Below, piece by piece: positions 1 through 13,390 of a stretch of DNA of 64,000 nt. Origin of the DNA: Octopus bimaculoides (Eukaryota); assembly GCF_001194135.2 (NCBI RefSeq), contig NC_069000.1:15041603-15105602 (forward strand), read 5' to 3'. How positions within the stretch are numbered: position 1 is the first letter of the stretch; every line of letters begins with the position of its first letter. The notes beneath the pieces are model-generated. The model was not told the DNA's origin, ran no database searches, and saw nothing but the letters and a program-made list of their open reading frames with translations. The position numbers and the translations under genes are program-made.

Positions 1-770
1 GAATTTCAGGTAGAAGTAGGGGTTCACTAAGGATCAGTCCTCAGCCCCCTCTTATTCATAGTTGATAGCTTCCATTACCTAGGTGACCAAGTCAGTAGTG
101 GGGGTGGATGTTCTGAGAGCGTAGCTGCTAGAATAAGAATAGCCTGGGCAAAGTTCAGAGAGCCCCTGTCTCTGCTGGTAAAAATGCTCTCACTCAGAGT
201 GAAAGGTAGACTGTATGATGCATGTGTGTGTGAACAGTCATGCTACATGGCAGTGAAACATGGGCTGTGACTGCTGTGGACATGCATAGACTTGAAAGAA
301 ATGCTCTGCTGGATGTGTAATGTCAGTGTGCATACATGACAGAGTGTAAGCGCCCTGAGAGAAAAGTTGGACATAAGAAGCATCAGATGTAGTATACAAG
401 AGAGATGACTGCACTGGTATGGTCNNNNNNNNNNATGACAGAGTGTAAGCGCCCTGAGAGAAAAGTTGGACATAAGAAGCATCAGATGTAGTATACAAGA
501 GAGATGACTGCACTGGTATGGTCATGTGTTGTGTATGGATGAGGACAGCTGTGTGAAGAAGTGTTACACCCTAACTGTGGAGGGAACCTGTGGGAGAGGT
601 AGACCCAGGAAGGCCTGAGTTGAGGTGGTGAAGCACAACCTTTGAACATTAGGCCTTACAGAGGCAATGATAAGCGACCAAGACCTTTGGAGATATGCTG
701 TGCTTGAGAAGACTCGGCAAGCCAAGTGTGATCATAGCTGTGGCTGATGCTAGTGTCACATATCCAGACT
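1..770 (+). mobile_element. RTE-type LINE, 3' part, degenerate and internally deleted
   Basis: Translates EFQVEVGVH*GSVLSPLLFI / VDSFHYLGDQVSSGGGCSESVAARIRIAWAKFRE; same family as 49777-51005. Confidence 0.85.
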
Positions 771-3700
771 GTTTAAAAGTACTCTTCAATTGTCGGGCAA
801 TATACTGTGCTTGAGAAAACCTGTTGAGTCAAGTGAAATCATTGTTGTGGCTAATGCCAGTGCCGCCTGGACTGTGGCCATGCTGGAATACCACCTTTAA
901 GGGCTTTAGTGAAGCAAATCAATCAGCCCCAGTATTTATTTATTTAAATCTGCTACTTGTGCTATTGGTCTCATTTGTCAAACTGCTAAGTTACAAGGAC
1001 ATACACAAACCATCCCTGGATGTCAAGTAGTAGTAGTAGTGGTGATGGAGCAAAACACACACATACATGCACATACACACACACACATACATGCATACAT
1101 ATATATGACAGGCTTCCACAGTTTCTGCGTACCAAATTCATTCACAGGGCCTTGGTGAGCCTCGGGCTATACAAGAAGATTCCAAGCTACTGTGCAGTGA
1201 AATGAAACCTGAAGCCACATGTTTGCAAAGTGAGTTTCTTAACCACACAGCCATTTTGGAAGAGTCTTTATTGATATGATTCTTCCTAAATATAACAAAT
1301 ATTGATTTCAAAATACACAGTTTCGGATTAAAATTCTTGCAAAACAAATTCAGAATCAACATATTTGTTGAAAAACAAATTGGCCAAAAGGCAAATGGAT
1401 TGAAAATTTTATTAATCAATATCAAATTTATTTAAAGTCATATTTTTCAGTACATGGCACCTTGGGCAGTCTTCTATTGTAGCCTTGGGCTGAACAAAAC
1501 CTTGTTAGAGGATTCAGCAGATGGAAACTGAAAGAAGTCCATCATGTGTGTGTCTGTATGTGTTTGTCCTGGTCTTGACATTGCATGACAGCTGTAAATG
1601 AGTGTCACTATTATACAAGCAGTGTCATTCATTTTCAATCTTCTATGAAAACATGCCTGGTTAAAGAGAAATATTATCTTACTTAGAAACAAGTGAAGGT
1701 TGGTGACAAGAAGGGCATCCGGCCATAGAAAATGTGTCTCAACAAATTCTGTCTGACCCATACAAGTATAGAAAAGTGGAAGTTAAAATGATGATGATGA
1801 TGATAATATGGAAAGCTGTACTAATTTTTTAAACAACTTATTTTAATTTGAAAAGAATAACAAATCATGAAATGAAATGTAGTTTACGATTTATTTTCAA
1901 GCTATCTTTGTATGTAAATATATTATCATAATCATCATCCTCATCATTTAACATCTGTTTTCCATGCTGGCATGGGTTGGACGATTTGACAAGAACTGGC
2001 AGGGCCAGGAGCCACATCAGGTTCCATAGTCTGTTTTGGCCTGGTTTCTATGGCTGAATTCCCTTCTTAATACCAACAGCTTTACAAAGTGTACTGGGTG
2101 CTTTTTATGTGGCACCATCACCAATGTTTTTTACATGGCACTATCACCAGTGCTTTTTACGTGGCACTGTCACCAGTGCTTTTTATGTGGCACCATCATC
2201 AGTAAATAAATGTAATTCTAAGCATTTTACTGGTATGATGTGATTTGACGGAAAACTACAAATTGGCTGCTATTTCTAGCAAGTCACATAATCACATAGA
2301 GGTTCCATCATTGTTTTGAGATGGTGATGTTGGTGATAGTAGTGTTAGATGGAATGTTGAATAATGTAACTAGCGAATTTGCTATTTACATTAATTTTAC
2401 TAAAGACTTCTGCACTTAAACATTTAAGAACATATTTTTAACCTCTCCTCTAATGTTATTATCTTGTTTGTTTGGGGTTTTTTTCTAAAAATTAAAATGA
2501 CAGAATTGTCTTCTGATTTCTCTGTCTTGAACATCAGAGATTCAGAATTGGCAAAGTAAATAAATAAATAAATAAATAAATATATTGTTTAAAAAAAGAA
2601 ACCTCAGTGCTTTATAAATATCATCGTCATCATCATCATCATTGTCATATCAATGTATTTATATATTAATTACATCGCTAAAGAATACAAATATTTTCTA
2701 ATAGCTGTATTAGTTTTCAAAATAATGGAAGCAATGACAGCATTAGCATTGTTTGGTTTTCGTTTCTGAAAACTTCAGATTCTGTTATTTCAGTTTATTT
2801 AGGATGAAAATGTAGTTACAAATTCAGACACAGTATATATATATATATATATGCACTTCAAATGCAAGTGAATTATATTTATATGGGGATAGGGGGGAGT
2901 AGTTTTTGCATTCATTCATTCATTCATGCATCCATTCATTTTTGCCCTCCACTATTCCTGGGAAGGATGTACTGAGGTGGGGTGCTGAAAAGGTCCTGGC
3001 TTTGGGTAAAAGAAAATACAGGAAGATCAGTTAATTATGATTTTATTCAATATATTCCCCTCTCAGATTCACACACTTATTGCAGCAGTCCTTCAGTTTT
3101 TCTAAGCCCTGCAAATGAACTCAGAATGTTGGGTCTCCAACCAGTCCTTTTGCAATTCCTTTAAAGCCAGGAAATTTTCAGCTCCCCCTTGTAGATGTAG
3201 AACCCTTAGGCACTTGCTTGCTTTTTTTATAAAAATATCATCATCATCATCATCCTCACTTAGTATCTGTGTTCCCTGCTAGCCATGGATTAGATGCTTT
3301 GACAGGATCTAACAGGTCAGCGAACTACGTTGAGCTCCAGTATCTGTTTCAGCATAGCTTCAACAGCTGGATGCCTTTTCTAATGCCAACCATTTTACAG
3401 AGTGTACTGGGTACATTTTCATGACACCAGCACAAGTAAGGTCACCAAGTAGCTTGCAAGACAAGACCCCTTCTTGATTGAGAGTGGAGCTATAGTATTG
3501 AGGGATGGTGGTTTTTATGCCCAGTCTTGGGATGCAAGAATATGGTAGAAGAAGAGGAACAGGTATTTTGCTATAGAGGAAGGTACCCTGGTGACATTTG
3601 AACTCTGAATATTTAGGTCCAGATCTAAATATAACACTACATTTACAGTCTTGCATTTTATAACTCAGTTCTCTTTCTCTTTTTAATGACTTATAAATTA

Positions 3701-4352
3701 AAAGGAGAGCACTAAAGTTGTCCAATTATTTTTCTTCATATTGCAAACCGATACATAAAGCTCAGAGATGGTTGAACAAATTATAGCTATAACTTACATG
3801 TAAGCTCTCATTGATAGCAGCAATTAAAGTGAATATGAATATATCACCTGTGGTCAGGAACAGCAGCAGCAGTACTAGTAGTAAGAACAGTAGTGGCACC
3901 ATAGGTAATATGGTAATTTAGAAAACCAAAGTACTTGTGTATAATTTATCATATAATTTAATCAAGTTTAGAGAGCTACTGATATTTCTTCTTCAATTCT
4001 TCTCCACCTCACTTCTACACTATTGATCTTTTCAACTTGTTCCTCATCTAAGTAGTTTCACTACCAAAAATTTATTGCAATCGGCGCCAATTAGAAATTA
4101 TGGTGGCTTATATATTCCCTAAGTTCTAACCAGATTGCAGATCAAAAAGACTTTCAGAGCGATGTAGTTTATAACAGCGGTTTCCTTATATGGCATCTGG
4201 AGGAAGAAATTTGTGACATATAAACTTACATTAATAGTAAAAGCATTTTATTTCATGTATTTCATTAACACTTTGCAGAAGTGTTCGATAACTCCTACAC
4301 ACAACTACACCTTATGTACCCCACCTCCCTGCCCTGTTTTTTTCTTTTTGCT

Positions 4353-4905
4353 AATGAGATATGGGAGACCCTGTGTTAGAAAAAGTGGCCAAATTTTCCT
4401 TAAATTGTATTCTGTTCATCTTTAAAAAAGGAGGGACACTTTGGAATATGTATGCAACTTTTGTATTTCATTTTCACCAATGAGATATAAGAGACTCTAT
4501 GCAGTCCCTTGGCCTGCTAGAAAAAGCAGCCAAATTTTCCCCAAATGATATTCTGTTTTAAAAAAACAAGAGATACATTGAGAAATCTATGCAACTTTTC
4601 TTCCTTTTTTTTTTTTTTTACTTTTGTTTTATCAATAAAATATGGGAACCTCTGTGCAGTCTCTTGACCTGTTAGAAAAAGCAGTCAGATTTCCTCTAAA
4701 TTGTATTCTGTTTATCCTAAAAAAAAGAAGACACTTTGAAATACGTATGCAACTTTTATATATATTTTTTTTAACAATGTGATTTGAAAGAATCTATGCA
4801 GTTCCTTAACCTGCTAGAATAAACAGCCAGATTTTCTCCAAACTGTATTCTGTCTTGAAAAAACAAAAGGAGATACATTTAGGAATGTATGCAACATTTT
4901 TTTTT
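4353..4905 (+). repeat. Four diverged ~125-155-bp tandem units
   Basis: aatgagatat..gcagtc.cttg.cctg.tagaaaaagcagccaaatt..tgtattctgtt..tatgcaacttt starts near 4353, 4479, 4634 and 4777. Confidence 0.8.
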
Positions 4906-5749
4906 GACGGTGAGACAGGGAAATCTTATTTGTATGTAAAATTATATATAAAGAATTCCAATGTTAAATTGAAGAATCATTCCATACCTTTCAGCCTCTC
5001 CCTACAATGTCATTCTAACAATAAAGAATCACATCATCAAAAAGGCAAAGTTATGAGATAATGCCTGATTAATAACATTCAAAACAATGTTAATTCCTTA
5101 GCATCTAAACCAGCCATATGCAGCTCAAATATTCTACTTATGTTCAAACTGGCCAGATCTAGCCTTTCACACCTATCCAACAAAGTCATTCTAAAACTAA
5201 ACCATTACATCTTCAAAATTTTGAAGCTACAAGGTACTACATGATTAATTTCTTAGAAGGTGAATAAATAACTAATACATTTGACAAAATAAAATGAATT
5301 ACAAGGTGAGCCTCCGAATCAGACAGTCATGTCTTTTCCCATGTAGGATATATATTTATTTTACTTGTGCAAGTAGTTCACAGGTGTGATTTCAAATCTT
5401 GCCTATATTTTTAGTGTCAGTGAAATGTATGTTAACCTGTACAAGTCAACTGACTACAACTTCTTTTCTTCTTTTATCTTCAAAACCTTGTTGACAGTGT
5501 GACAAATATTCCTGAGTCACCGTGTCATCTAACTCTGAACATAATGACTTTTTTTTACTTCGTTGTCATCATCATCATCATCATCATCGTCATTATTTTT
5601 TGTCCTGTGCTTGTTTCAGTCATTGAATTGTGGCCATGCTGGAGCACCACCTTGAAAGGTTTTAATCAAACAAATGAACTCCAGTGCTTATATATATATA
5701 TATATATATATNNNNNNNNNNCACACACACACACACACACACACACATA

Positions 5750-6135
5750 AGATCTTTTTCCTTTCAACGGCAGATCGAGAAATTAATTTTTTGTAACCAA
5801 ACACTTTCAAACTTCGGACACTGGTATAATGTTTCATATAAAACATCTTTTACTTTTAGTGCTGTTGAGAGAAGTTTCTATTTTCAAAGTTATTTCATGT
5901 TAAAGTTGTCATATTTCGGTAATTTCAACCAATCAATGACATGTATTCAGCTAAATAAAATTACTGTTGTTGTTTGTCAACAACAACTATCAGTGGTGTA
6001 TATTTCGTTTGTCACTGTTATTTATGGCATCGTTCATGTGTTTGTACTGGTTTTAGCTTTAGGGTGTTAGGATTTTAGGGTTAGGGTTACGGTTTGGATT
6101 TTAGGGTTAGGGTTGGGGTTTTAGAGTTAGAGTTA
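5750..6135. mobile_element. One arm of the same foldback family followed by degenerate TTAGGG repeats
   Basis: aaacactttcaaacttcggacactggtataatgtttcatataaaacatc and atttcggtaatttcaaccaatcaatgac match the reverse complement of 33540-33690; TTAGGG-like repeats at ~6055-6130. Confidence 0.7.
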
Positions 6136-6839
6136 TGGAAAAAGTGAAAAAAAATGAAGAAATTGGAGGGGTAGGAGTAGGGGGCAAAAAAGTATTTCTG
6201 AAAATAGTAGCTGAAAAACAGGAAAAAAAAAACTAAAAGCAGTAGAAATGCACGAACGATCATGGCGAACAAACAAGTACACACACATATGTAAATATAG
6301 ATGACAACCTTCAATGCAATTACCCTCCACCAAATTAATTTACAAGGGCATTGCTCAGCCCAGGACTATTGCAGAAGACACTTGGCCCAAGATGCCATGC
6401 TGTGGAACTGAATCTGCCACTAGACAGTTAGGAAGGCAGCAAGCTGCTTAATCACACAGCCAAACCAAACATTGAGTCCCATTCTTCTGTATGTTGGGTC
6501 TATCACATTATTTCAAGTGGTCATACGGTTAGACGGTCATTGAAAGACTCTACTTAAGATAGGAATGGTGCTTAGCAGAGATGGAATTAAAGATTCTATT
6601 GAATTACAATGGCTTTGGTCATTTGTTGAGGAAGAAAATAATTAGAGTTATTTATCTCTGTCACCTTGTGTATTCTAGAATTGTCAATTAGTTTCTTATC
6701 ACTCAGGTGAAATAAAGAATCTACTCCAAACCTGTGCTACATTTCCACCAAGGAATGCTGCTTTCCTGTCAGCTAGTCTTTGTCATTTACCATTCCTGTT
6801 GTTTCTTCTCTTTCCTTTGTTTTTTTTTTGTTTTTTATT

Positions 6840-7210
6840 TCTCTTCTGTCTTTAGTTCTTGCTTTTCTCTGTCTTCCCTCGCTCTCTCTCCTCTTTCATT
6901 CTTCTGTCTCTTTCTCTCACTCTCACTCTCTTTCTCTCACTCTCACTCTCACTCCTCTCTCATTCTTATCTCCCTCTCTCATTCTTTCTTCTTTCCTGTT
7001 CTCTTTCCATTTCTTTTCTCTCCCTCTCTGTCATTTTCATTGCTCTCTCTATCTCTTTCCCCTTTTTCTCTCGCTCTCTTTTCACTCTCATTCTTCACTC
7101 TCTCTTCTCCCTTTCTTCTCTCTCTTTTTCATTTCTCTCTCTTTTTCATTTCTCTCTCTCCCTTCTCTCTTTTGCTTTCTCTTTCTCACATTCTCTCTCT
7201 CTCTCTCTGA
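6840..7210 (+). repeat. Degenerate (CT)n polypyrimidine tract
   Basis: Direct reading. Confidence 0.9.
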
Positions 7211-7824
7211 GATATAGAAAAATCAATTATGTGGTATTCCATTAAGATAAAATAAATCTAAAATTTATGATATATGCACACACACACACACACCACACAT
7301 ACTTAGATCTAAGCCTGATTTTTGTACCTTAACCGTGTCAGCGGTGGGGCAAAGATTATATTTTGAGCTGCACTTACTGCTAAATATGGTTATCACAGAA
7401 TGGAATTGAATCATAACAGATATACTGTCTCACTAAAAGTAGTTGTCCTGTGTGTGTGTAAGCTTTACACAAAGGGCTGAACCAAGTACTAAATTTAAGA
7501 TTTAAAATAATTCTAAATTCATATCGGAACTTTTATAAATGAATAGATCATCTTCATCATCATCATTTAACATTCGTTGTCCATGCTGGCATGGGTTGGA
7601 CAGTTTAACCAGGGCTGGCATGCTGCCAGGCTGTGCCAGGCTGTGCCAGGCTGTGCCAGGCTGTGCCAGGCTCCAGTCTGATTTGGCATGGTTTTCTACA
7701 GCTGGATGCCCTTCCTAATGCCAACTGAGATTGTAATTGGTGCCTTTACGTGCCACCAGCACTTTACAGAGTGTGCTAGGTACCTTTTATGTGCCACTGG
7801 CACGAATGCATTTTACATGGCACC

Positions 7825-7866
<42 letters not shown>

Positions 7867-8568
7867 AACGTCTGTGTGTATGTGTATATATAAAAGCTAC
7901 TTCTTACTGATTTCCAGCCCTGGTTTTACTGTGTGTATATTGAAGTGTAGCTAAAGTACATTAGAAAGGTTACCTTTAAGAGTATAGATAAATGCATGTA
8001 AGTAACATTTGGATTTGTAGGTTATAAGATTACATTTAATGATTATAGTTGGTGGTCATCATCATCATCATCATCATTTTTAATAACATAATGGCAATGT
8101 GTTTGGGAACAAACCAAGGACATATGTGTTCAATTTCCATCCTACTCACCCTCTCTATCACTTTCTCTCTAAGACTTCCTGTATTGCTCTTTATCACTCA
8201 TTCTCTTTCATTCATTCACTTTCTGTCTCTGTCTGTATGTCTGTCTGTCTCTTTCTCACACAGGTCCACTAGTGTGTGTGTGGGGGGGGGGGGATAAATA
8301 GCCACAATGATGATGTCTGTCTTTGGCCCTAGGCCATAATTGATATGGATTTTAATCACCAATAACACCCATGTTGAATCAATTATGGTAGGATATGAAC
8401 ATGGAATGCTCCCATGATGATAATGATTTCTGATATTGATAAGCACAATGCCACATTATATGTAGGAGTTCTTTAGAATTGACTGGATAAATCTCAATAC
8501 TATTACTGGTAGCTTTTTATTGACAGATTAATTAGCATGTTATGGGAAAAACTCCAAGTACAAAACCC

Positions 8569-8737
8569 TCACCTGAAGGACACCAGTCTTTGATTTGCTG
8601 TCAAGGTTGGCTCCCCTAGCTTTTTCCTTTCCCAAAGCAATTACAAGACAGTGAGGGTTTTGTAATTGCTTTGGGTACGGAAAAAGGTAGGGGAGTCAAC
8701 CTTGACAGCAAATCAAAGACTGGTGTCCTTCAGGTGA
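8569..8737. repeat. 78-bp inverted duplication (hairpin), 13-nt spacer
   Basis: 8569-8646 versus 8660-8737, 4 mismatches. Confidence 0.92.
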
Positions 8738-9161
8738 TCTGGTACCCTCTGTGGCACTCTTCTGGCAATTCCAGGGTAGGTGGAGCTCTACTAAAGGAAG
8801 TTGACCTTGGTAGCATTTGAACTCAGAACATAGATAGCCAGGAGTGCTATGCGTTTTTTCCTGATGCATTAAGGATTCTGCTAACTCATTGTCTCAATAA
8901 TAACCCTTTCTGTTGAAGACATAGGGCCTGAAATTTTGGAGAAGTGTTGAGTGAAATATTTTGGTCCCCAGTGCTCAACTAAAAACAATAAGTGCAAGTG
9001 CGTAGGAGTGACTGTGTGGTAAGTAGGTTGCTTGCAAACCGCATGGTTCCAGGTTCAGTCCCACTGCATGGCACCTTGGGCAAGCATCTTCTACTATAGC
9101 CTCGGGCCGACCAAAGCCTTGTGAGTGGATTTGATAGACGGAAACTGAAAGAAGCCCGTCG

Positions 9162-9194
<33 letters not shown>

Positions 9195-9299
9195 TTATGT
9201 TTGTGTGTCTGTGTTTGTCCCCCCAACATCGCTTGACAACCAATGCTGGTGTGTTTACGTCCCCATAACTTAGCAGTTCAGCAAAAGAGACCGATAGAA

Positions 9300-9445
9300 C
9301 ACTATGTCGTGTACATATGGTTGTGATGCATGTGCCTGGTGTACTCTTATCAGACGGGTAGTCATGATGGGTATACTGGGTTTCGTATATTTTACCCCAG
9401 TGTCACTTTGATGGCATGCACTGCTCTCTCACTCAATAATAATAA
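9300..9445 (+). mobile_element. Retroposon 3' end with (AAT)n tail (family F); inverse copy at 29205-29395
   Basis: 9300-9445 is the reverse complement of ~29205-29355. Confidence 0.75.
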
Positions 9446-10827
9446 TTCTTTGTACTATAGGTGCAGGGCCTGAAATTTTAGTAGAAGGGAGCTAGTTGAC
9501 TATATCCACCCAGTGCTCAACTAGTATTTATTTATTGACCCTGAAAGGATAAAAGGCAAAATCAACCTCAGTAGAATCTGAACTCAGAATATGAAGCAGG
9601 AATAAATGCTGCTAAGCATTTTGTCCAAGAAGTGATGGGTGGGAAATGGAAACAGAAACAAATTCTATGATACTAATTTGAAATATGTTGTATAAGAGTG
9701 ATTAATATGAATTAATGTCGTATTTGAAATGGTGGAGTATAATTTCAAAATAAATTGTGATTTATGAGAAAAAATCTTGAGCCTCAAGATAATCTATGTA
9801 AAATATATTTCAATTATTCATTTTGTTTTTTCACCTGTTTATCAAAGTGAGATGCAGCACGGAATTTTGTCAGTGAACAGGTTGTGGTTTCAAAGCGATG
9901 AAAATATTTTGACAAATTAAATTTAGATGTTGAAGTGGATCTAACGGTTTTTGTGTGTTTTTAAATGGCTTATAAACACCTTCCATGCTGCAATTGTTTT
10001 TCTTTCAGCACACAATTTCAGATCAAGTCACTTGCTATGCAAGAACATCTCCGAAGATATTTTTGTTATTTAGAAATTGTGTTTTGTTTAATTTCTGTGG
10101 TATAAAGATCATTAAATAAAAAAGAAAAAAAAGAATAAATGATCTTCTTACACTTTTATTCATTCCTTTTTTTCTTTTGAACATTCATTTTTGTCATTGT
10201 CATCATTTTGTTATTAACTTTTGCAACCTTGCATGGGTCAAATAGAATTTAAAGTAGATTTTTTTCTTTCTAATGCTGGGTGCCTTTCCTGCCACTAACA
10301 TGTCTTTGTTTCCAAGCAAGATGATATTTCCTTGTGACTAGATATGTTTTGATGGAAGATTGGGAATGAATGATAGTGATACACATTCACAACTATCATA
10401 TAACAAGATGAAGAGATAGACACACACACACACATGTGTGTATCTATCTATCTATCTATCTATATATATATATATATATATATATATGCATATATGTATA
10501 TACATACATATGTTATAGAGATAGAGAGATATATTGTTTTTTATACATACACGCACACACACTTACACACTTGTGTCTGTGTTTGTCTCCCCATCACTGC
10601 TTGACAACCTATGCTGGTGTGTTTACGTCCGCCATAACTTAGCTGTTCGGAAAAAGGGTCAGATAGAAAAATTACTAGGCTTACAAAGAATAAGTTTTGG
10701 GGTTGATTTCTTTGACTAAAAAAAAACCTTTAAAGCAATGCTCCAGCATGGCTGCAGTCAAATGACTGAAATGTGAAAAAGAAGGGAATAGAAGCAACAC
10801 TGATTGTCAAGTGAAGGCAAACACAAA

Positions 10828-10907
<80 letters not shown>

Positions 10908-11198
10908 TACAACAGGCTTCCACATAGTTTCCATCTATTAAATTTACTCGCAAGACATTGGTCAACCAACGTCTATAATAGAATACATTTGTCCCAACTG
11001 CTGCACAGTGGGACTGAACCTGAAACTTTACAGCCATGCCTGTGCTTATGTGATAAAAAATAATAAAGGAAAAAGGGGTAAAAACAAGATGCTCAAGGGT
11101 GGAGTGCTTTTAACCATTGGTCTGCTCAGTTAGGCTGATCTGGAGGCTTATCTATAACTTCATTGTACTTTTACATTCAGTATGTAGTGCCATTCATC

Positions 11199-11239
<41 letters not shown>

Positions 11240-11702
11240 CCTACACACATTAATGCTTAGCTGTTTTCCTCAGCTCACCTAACTTATTATTATTATTATT
11301 ATTATTATGGTTATTGTTATTATCATCATCATCATCATAAGAGGTGAGTTTGAAATGTTTGACACTTACATGCATTATTCATTGTAGCAGGTGGGTGTCA
11401 AATGGATGTTCTTTTCTTTAGTACCAGCCATTCTGGCTCCAGTATGGAATCAAGAATTATAAGCTACCACACTCAATTCCCATTATATTCAAATTTATTC
11501 ATTGTCTTGGACATCTTCATAACCTTGGCAGCAGCAGTCACAACAACAACAACAACAACAACAACAATAATAATAATTTCTTTAATTTGCCACATGGGTA
11601 TCAGATAAAGAAAGCATTACAGGTACGGTTTACAATCTACTTAAAAGAAAAGGAAATGAGATAAAGGTATACACTGTATACAAAATATGTAAACACATAT
11701 TT

Positions 11703-12093
11703 AGGCGCCGGAGTGGCTATGTGGTAAGTAGCTTGCTTACCAACCACATGGTTCCAGGTTCAGTCCCACTGTATGGCACCTTGGGCAAGTGTCTTCTACT
11801 ATAGCCTCGGGCTGACCAAAGCCTTGTGAGTGGATTTGGTAGACGGAAACTGAAAGAAGCCCATCATATATATGTATATATACGTGTATTTGTGTGTCTG
11901 TGTTTGTCCCCCCACCATTGCTTGACAACCGATGCTGGTGTGTTTACGTCCCTGTAACTTAGCGGTTCGGCAAAAGAGAGACCGCTAGAATAAGTACTAG
12001 GCTTACAAAGAATAAGTCCTGGGGTCGATTTTCTCGACTAAAGGCGGTGCTCCAGCATGGCCACAGTCAAATGACTGAAACAAGTAAAGAGTA
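11703..12093 (+). mobile_element. Full-length tRNA-headed SINE (family A). Other copies at ~8996-9300, 20478-21050, 23445-23955, 24465-25340, 47590-47786 (+) and 32596-32760, 52085-52233, 54645-55140 (-)
   Basis: Head tggctgtgtggtaag..ggttcagtccc, central (TA)n/(TG)n, and 3' end ctccagcatggccgcagtcaaatgactgaaacaagtaaaagag repeated many times. Confidence 0.9.
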
Positions 12094-12457
12094 CATGAAT
12101 GACACTGTTCTCCCGTTAGAAGAGAAACTCCAACTAGGGTCAATCAAAAAACCCTTCAAATCCAGCATTACTCTGACCAAATGTTGTTCTCTAGATCGTC
12201 TCTCACCGAACAGACCTAAGAATCAAGTTGTTCTAACCATGACCACCATCCCTTATGTTTATATATGAAAGGTTGAAATTGTCTGCTGTGTTTTTCTGGT
12301 TTTAAGAAGTAATGTGTGATATTTTAGAGAGGTTTTGACTGCTATTGCTAGCTCTTCTTTCAGCCATGTACTGGTTATCTCTTTAGTGATGGCAGAGGGT
12401 TGTGGGGAAATACTCAAAATGGCTGGCAGTATTTTACTTTGTTCTTCCTGTACTCTG

Positions 12458-12743
12458 TGGAGGTGCAATGGCCCAGTGATTAGGGCAGCGGACTCGCGGT
12501 CGTAGGATTGTGAGTGTTTCTTGAGCGAAAACACCTAAAGCTCCACGGGGCTCTGGCAGGGGATGTGGCGAACCCTGCTGTACTCTTTCACCACAACTTT
12601 CTCTCATTCTTTCTTACTGTTTCTGTTGTACCTGTATTTCAAAAGGTCCAGCCTTGTCACACTCTGTGTCACGCTGAATTTCCCTGAGAACTACGTTAAG
12701 GGTACACGTGTCTGTGGAGTGCTCAGCCACTTGCACGTTAAAT
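12458..12743 (+). mobile_element. SINE family C copy, internally deleted and 3'-truncated (repeated at 13010-13203)
   Basis: Collinear with 30340-30650. Confidence 0.8.
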
Positions 12744-13358
12744 GAAGTAGATTGACAAATTTATTTTTCGAACCAGTTGAAGACACGCGAGATGTCGAAA
12801 TATTGTTCACTAGATAACAAATGGCACTCTTCTTTTAATTTTGATTCTATATCTTCAGGAGGAGTTACCTCAATCCTTTCTATATTAACCAAAATGAAGT
12901 AGATTAACAAATTTATTTTTTGAACCAGTTGAAGACACACAAGATGTCGAAATATCATTCACTAGATAACAAATGGCACTCTTCTTTTAATTTTGATTCN
13001 NNNNNNNNNGGGCTCTGGCAGGGGATGTGGCGAACCCTGCTGTACTCTTTCACCACAACTTTCTCTCATTCTTTCTTACTGTTTCTGTTGTACCTGTATT
13101 TCAAAAGGTCCAGCCTTGTCACACTCTGTGTCACGCTGAATTTCCCTGAGAACTACGTTAAGGGTACACGTGTCTGTGGAGTGCTCAGCCACTTGCACGT
13201 TAAATGAAGTAGATTGACAAATTTATTTTTCGAACCAGTTGAAGACACGCGAGATGTCGAAATATTGTTCACTAGATAACAAATGGCACTCTTCTTTTAA
13301 TTTTGATTCTATATCTTCAGGAGGAGTTACCTCAATCCTTTCTATATTAACCATAATG

Positions 13359-13390
<32 letters not shown>

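Noticed and set aside
335-524. 90-bp direct repeat either side of a 10-N gap (also 25201-25280)
   Set aside because: Identical sequence flanking a 10-N spacer is a typical unmerged contig overlap, not biology.
12100-12457. Coding-looking minus-strand stretch (KILPAILSISPQPSAITKEITSTWLKEELAIAVKTSLK)
   Set aside because: It overlaps the dispersed ctagaaatagcagccaaa repeat motif and has no recognisable domain or splice context.
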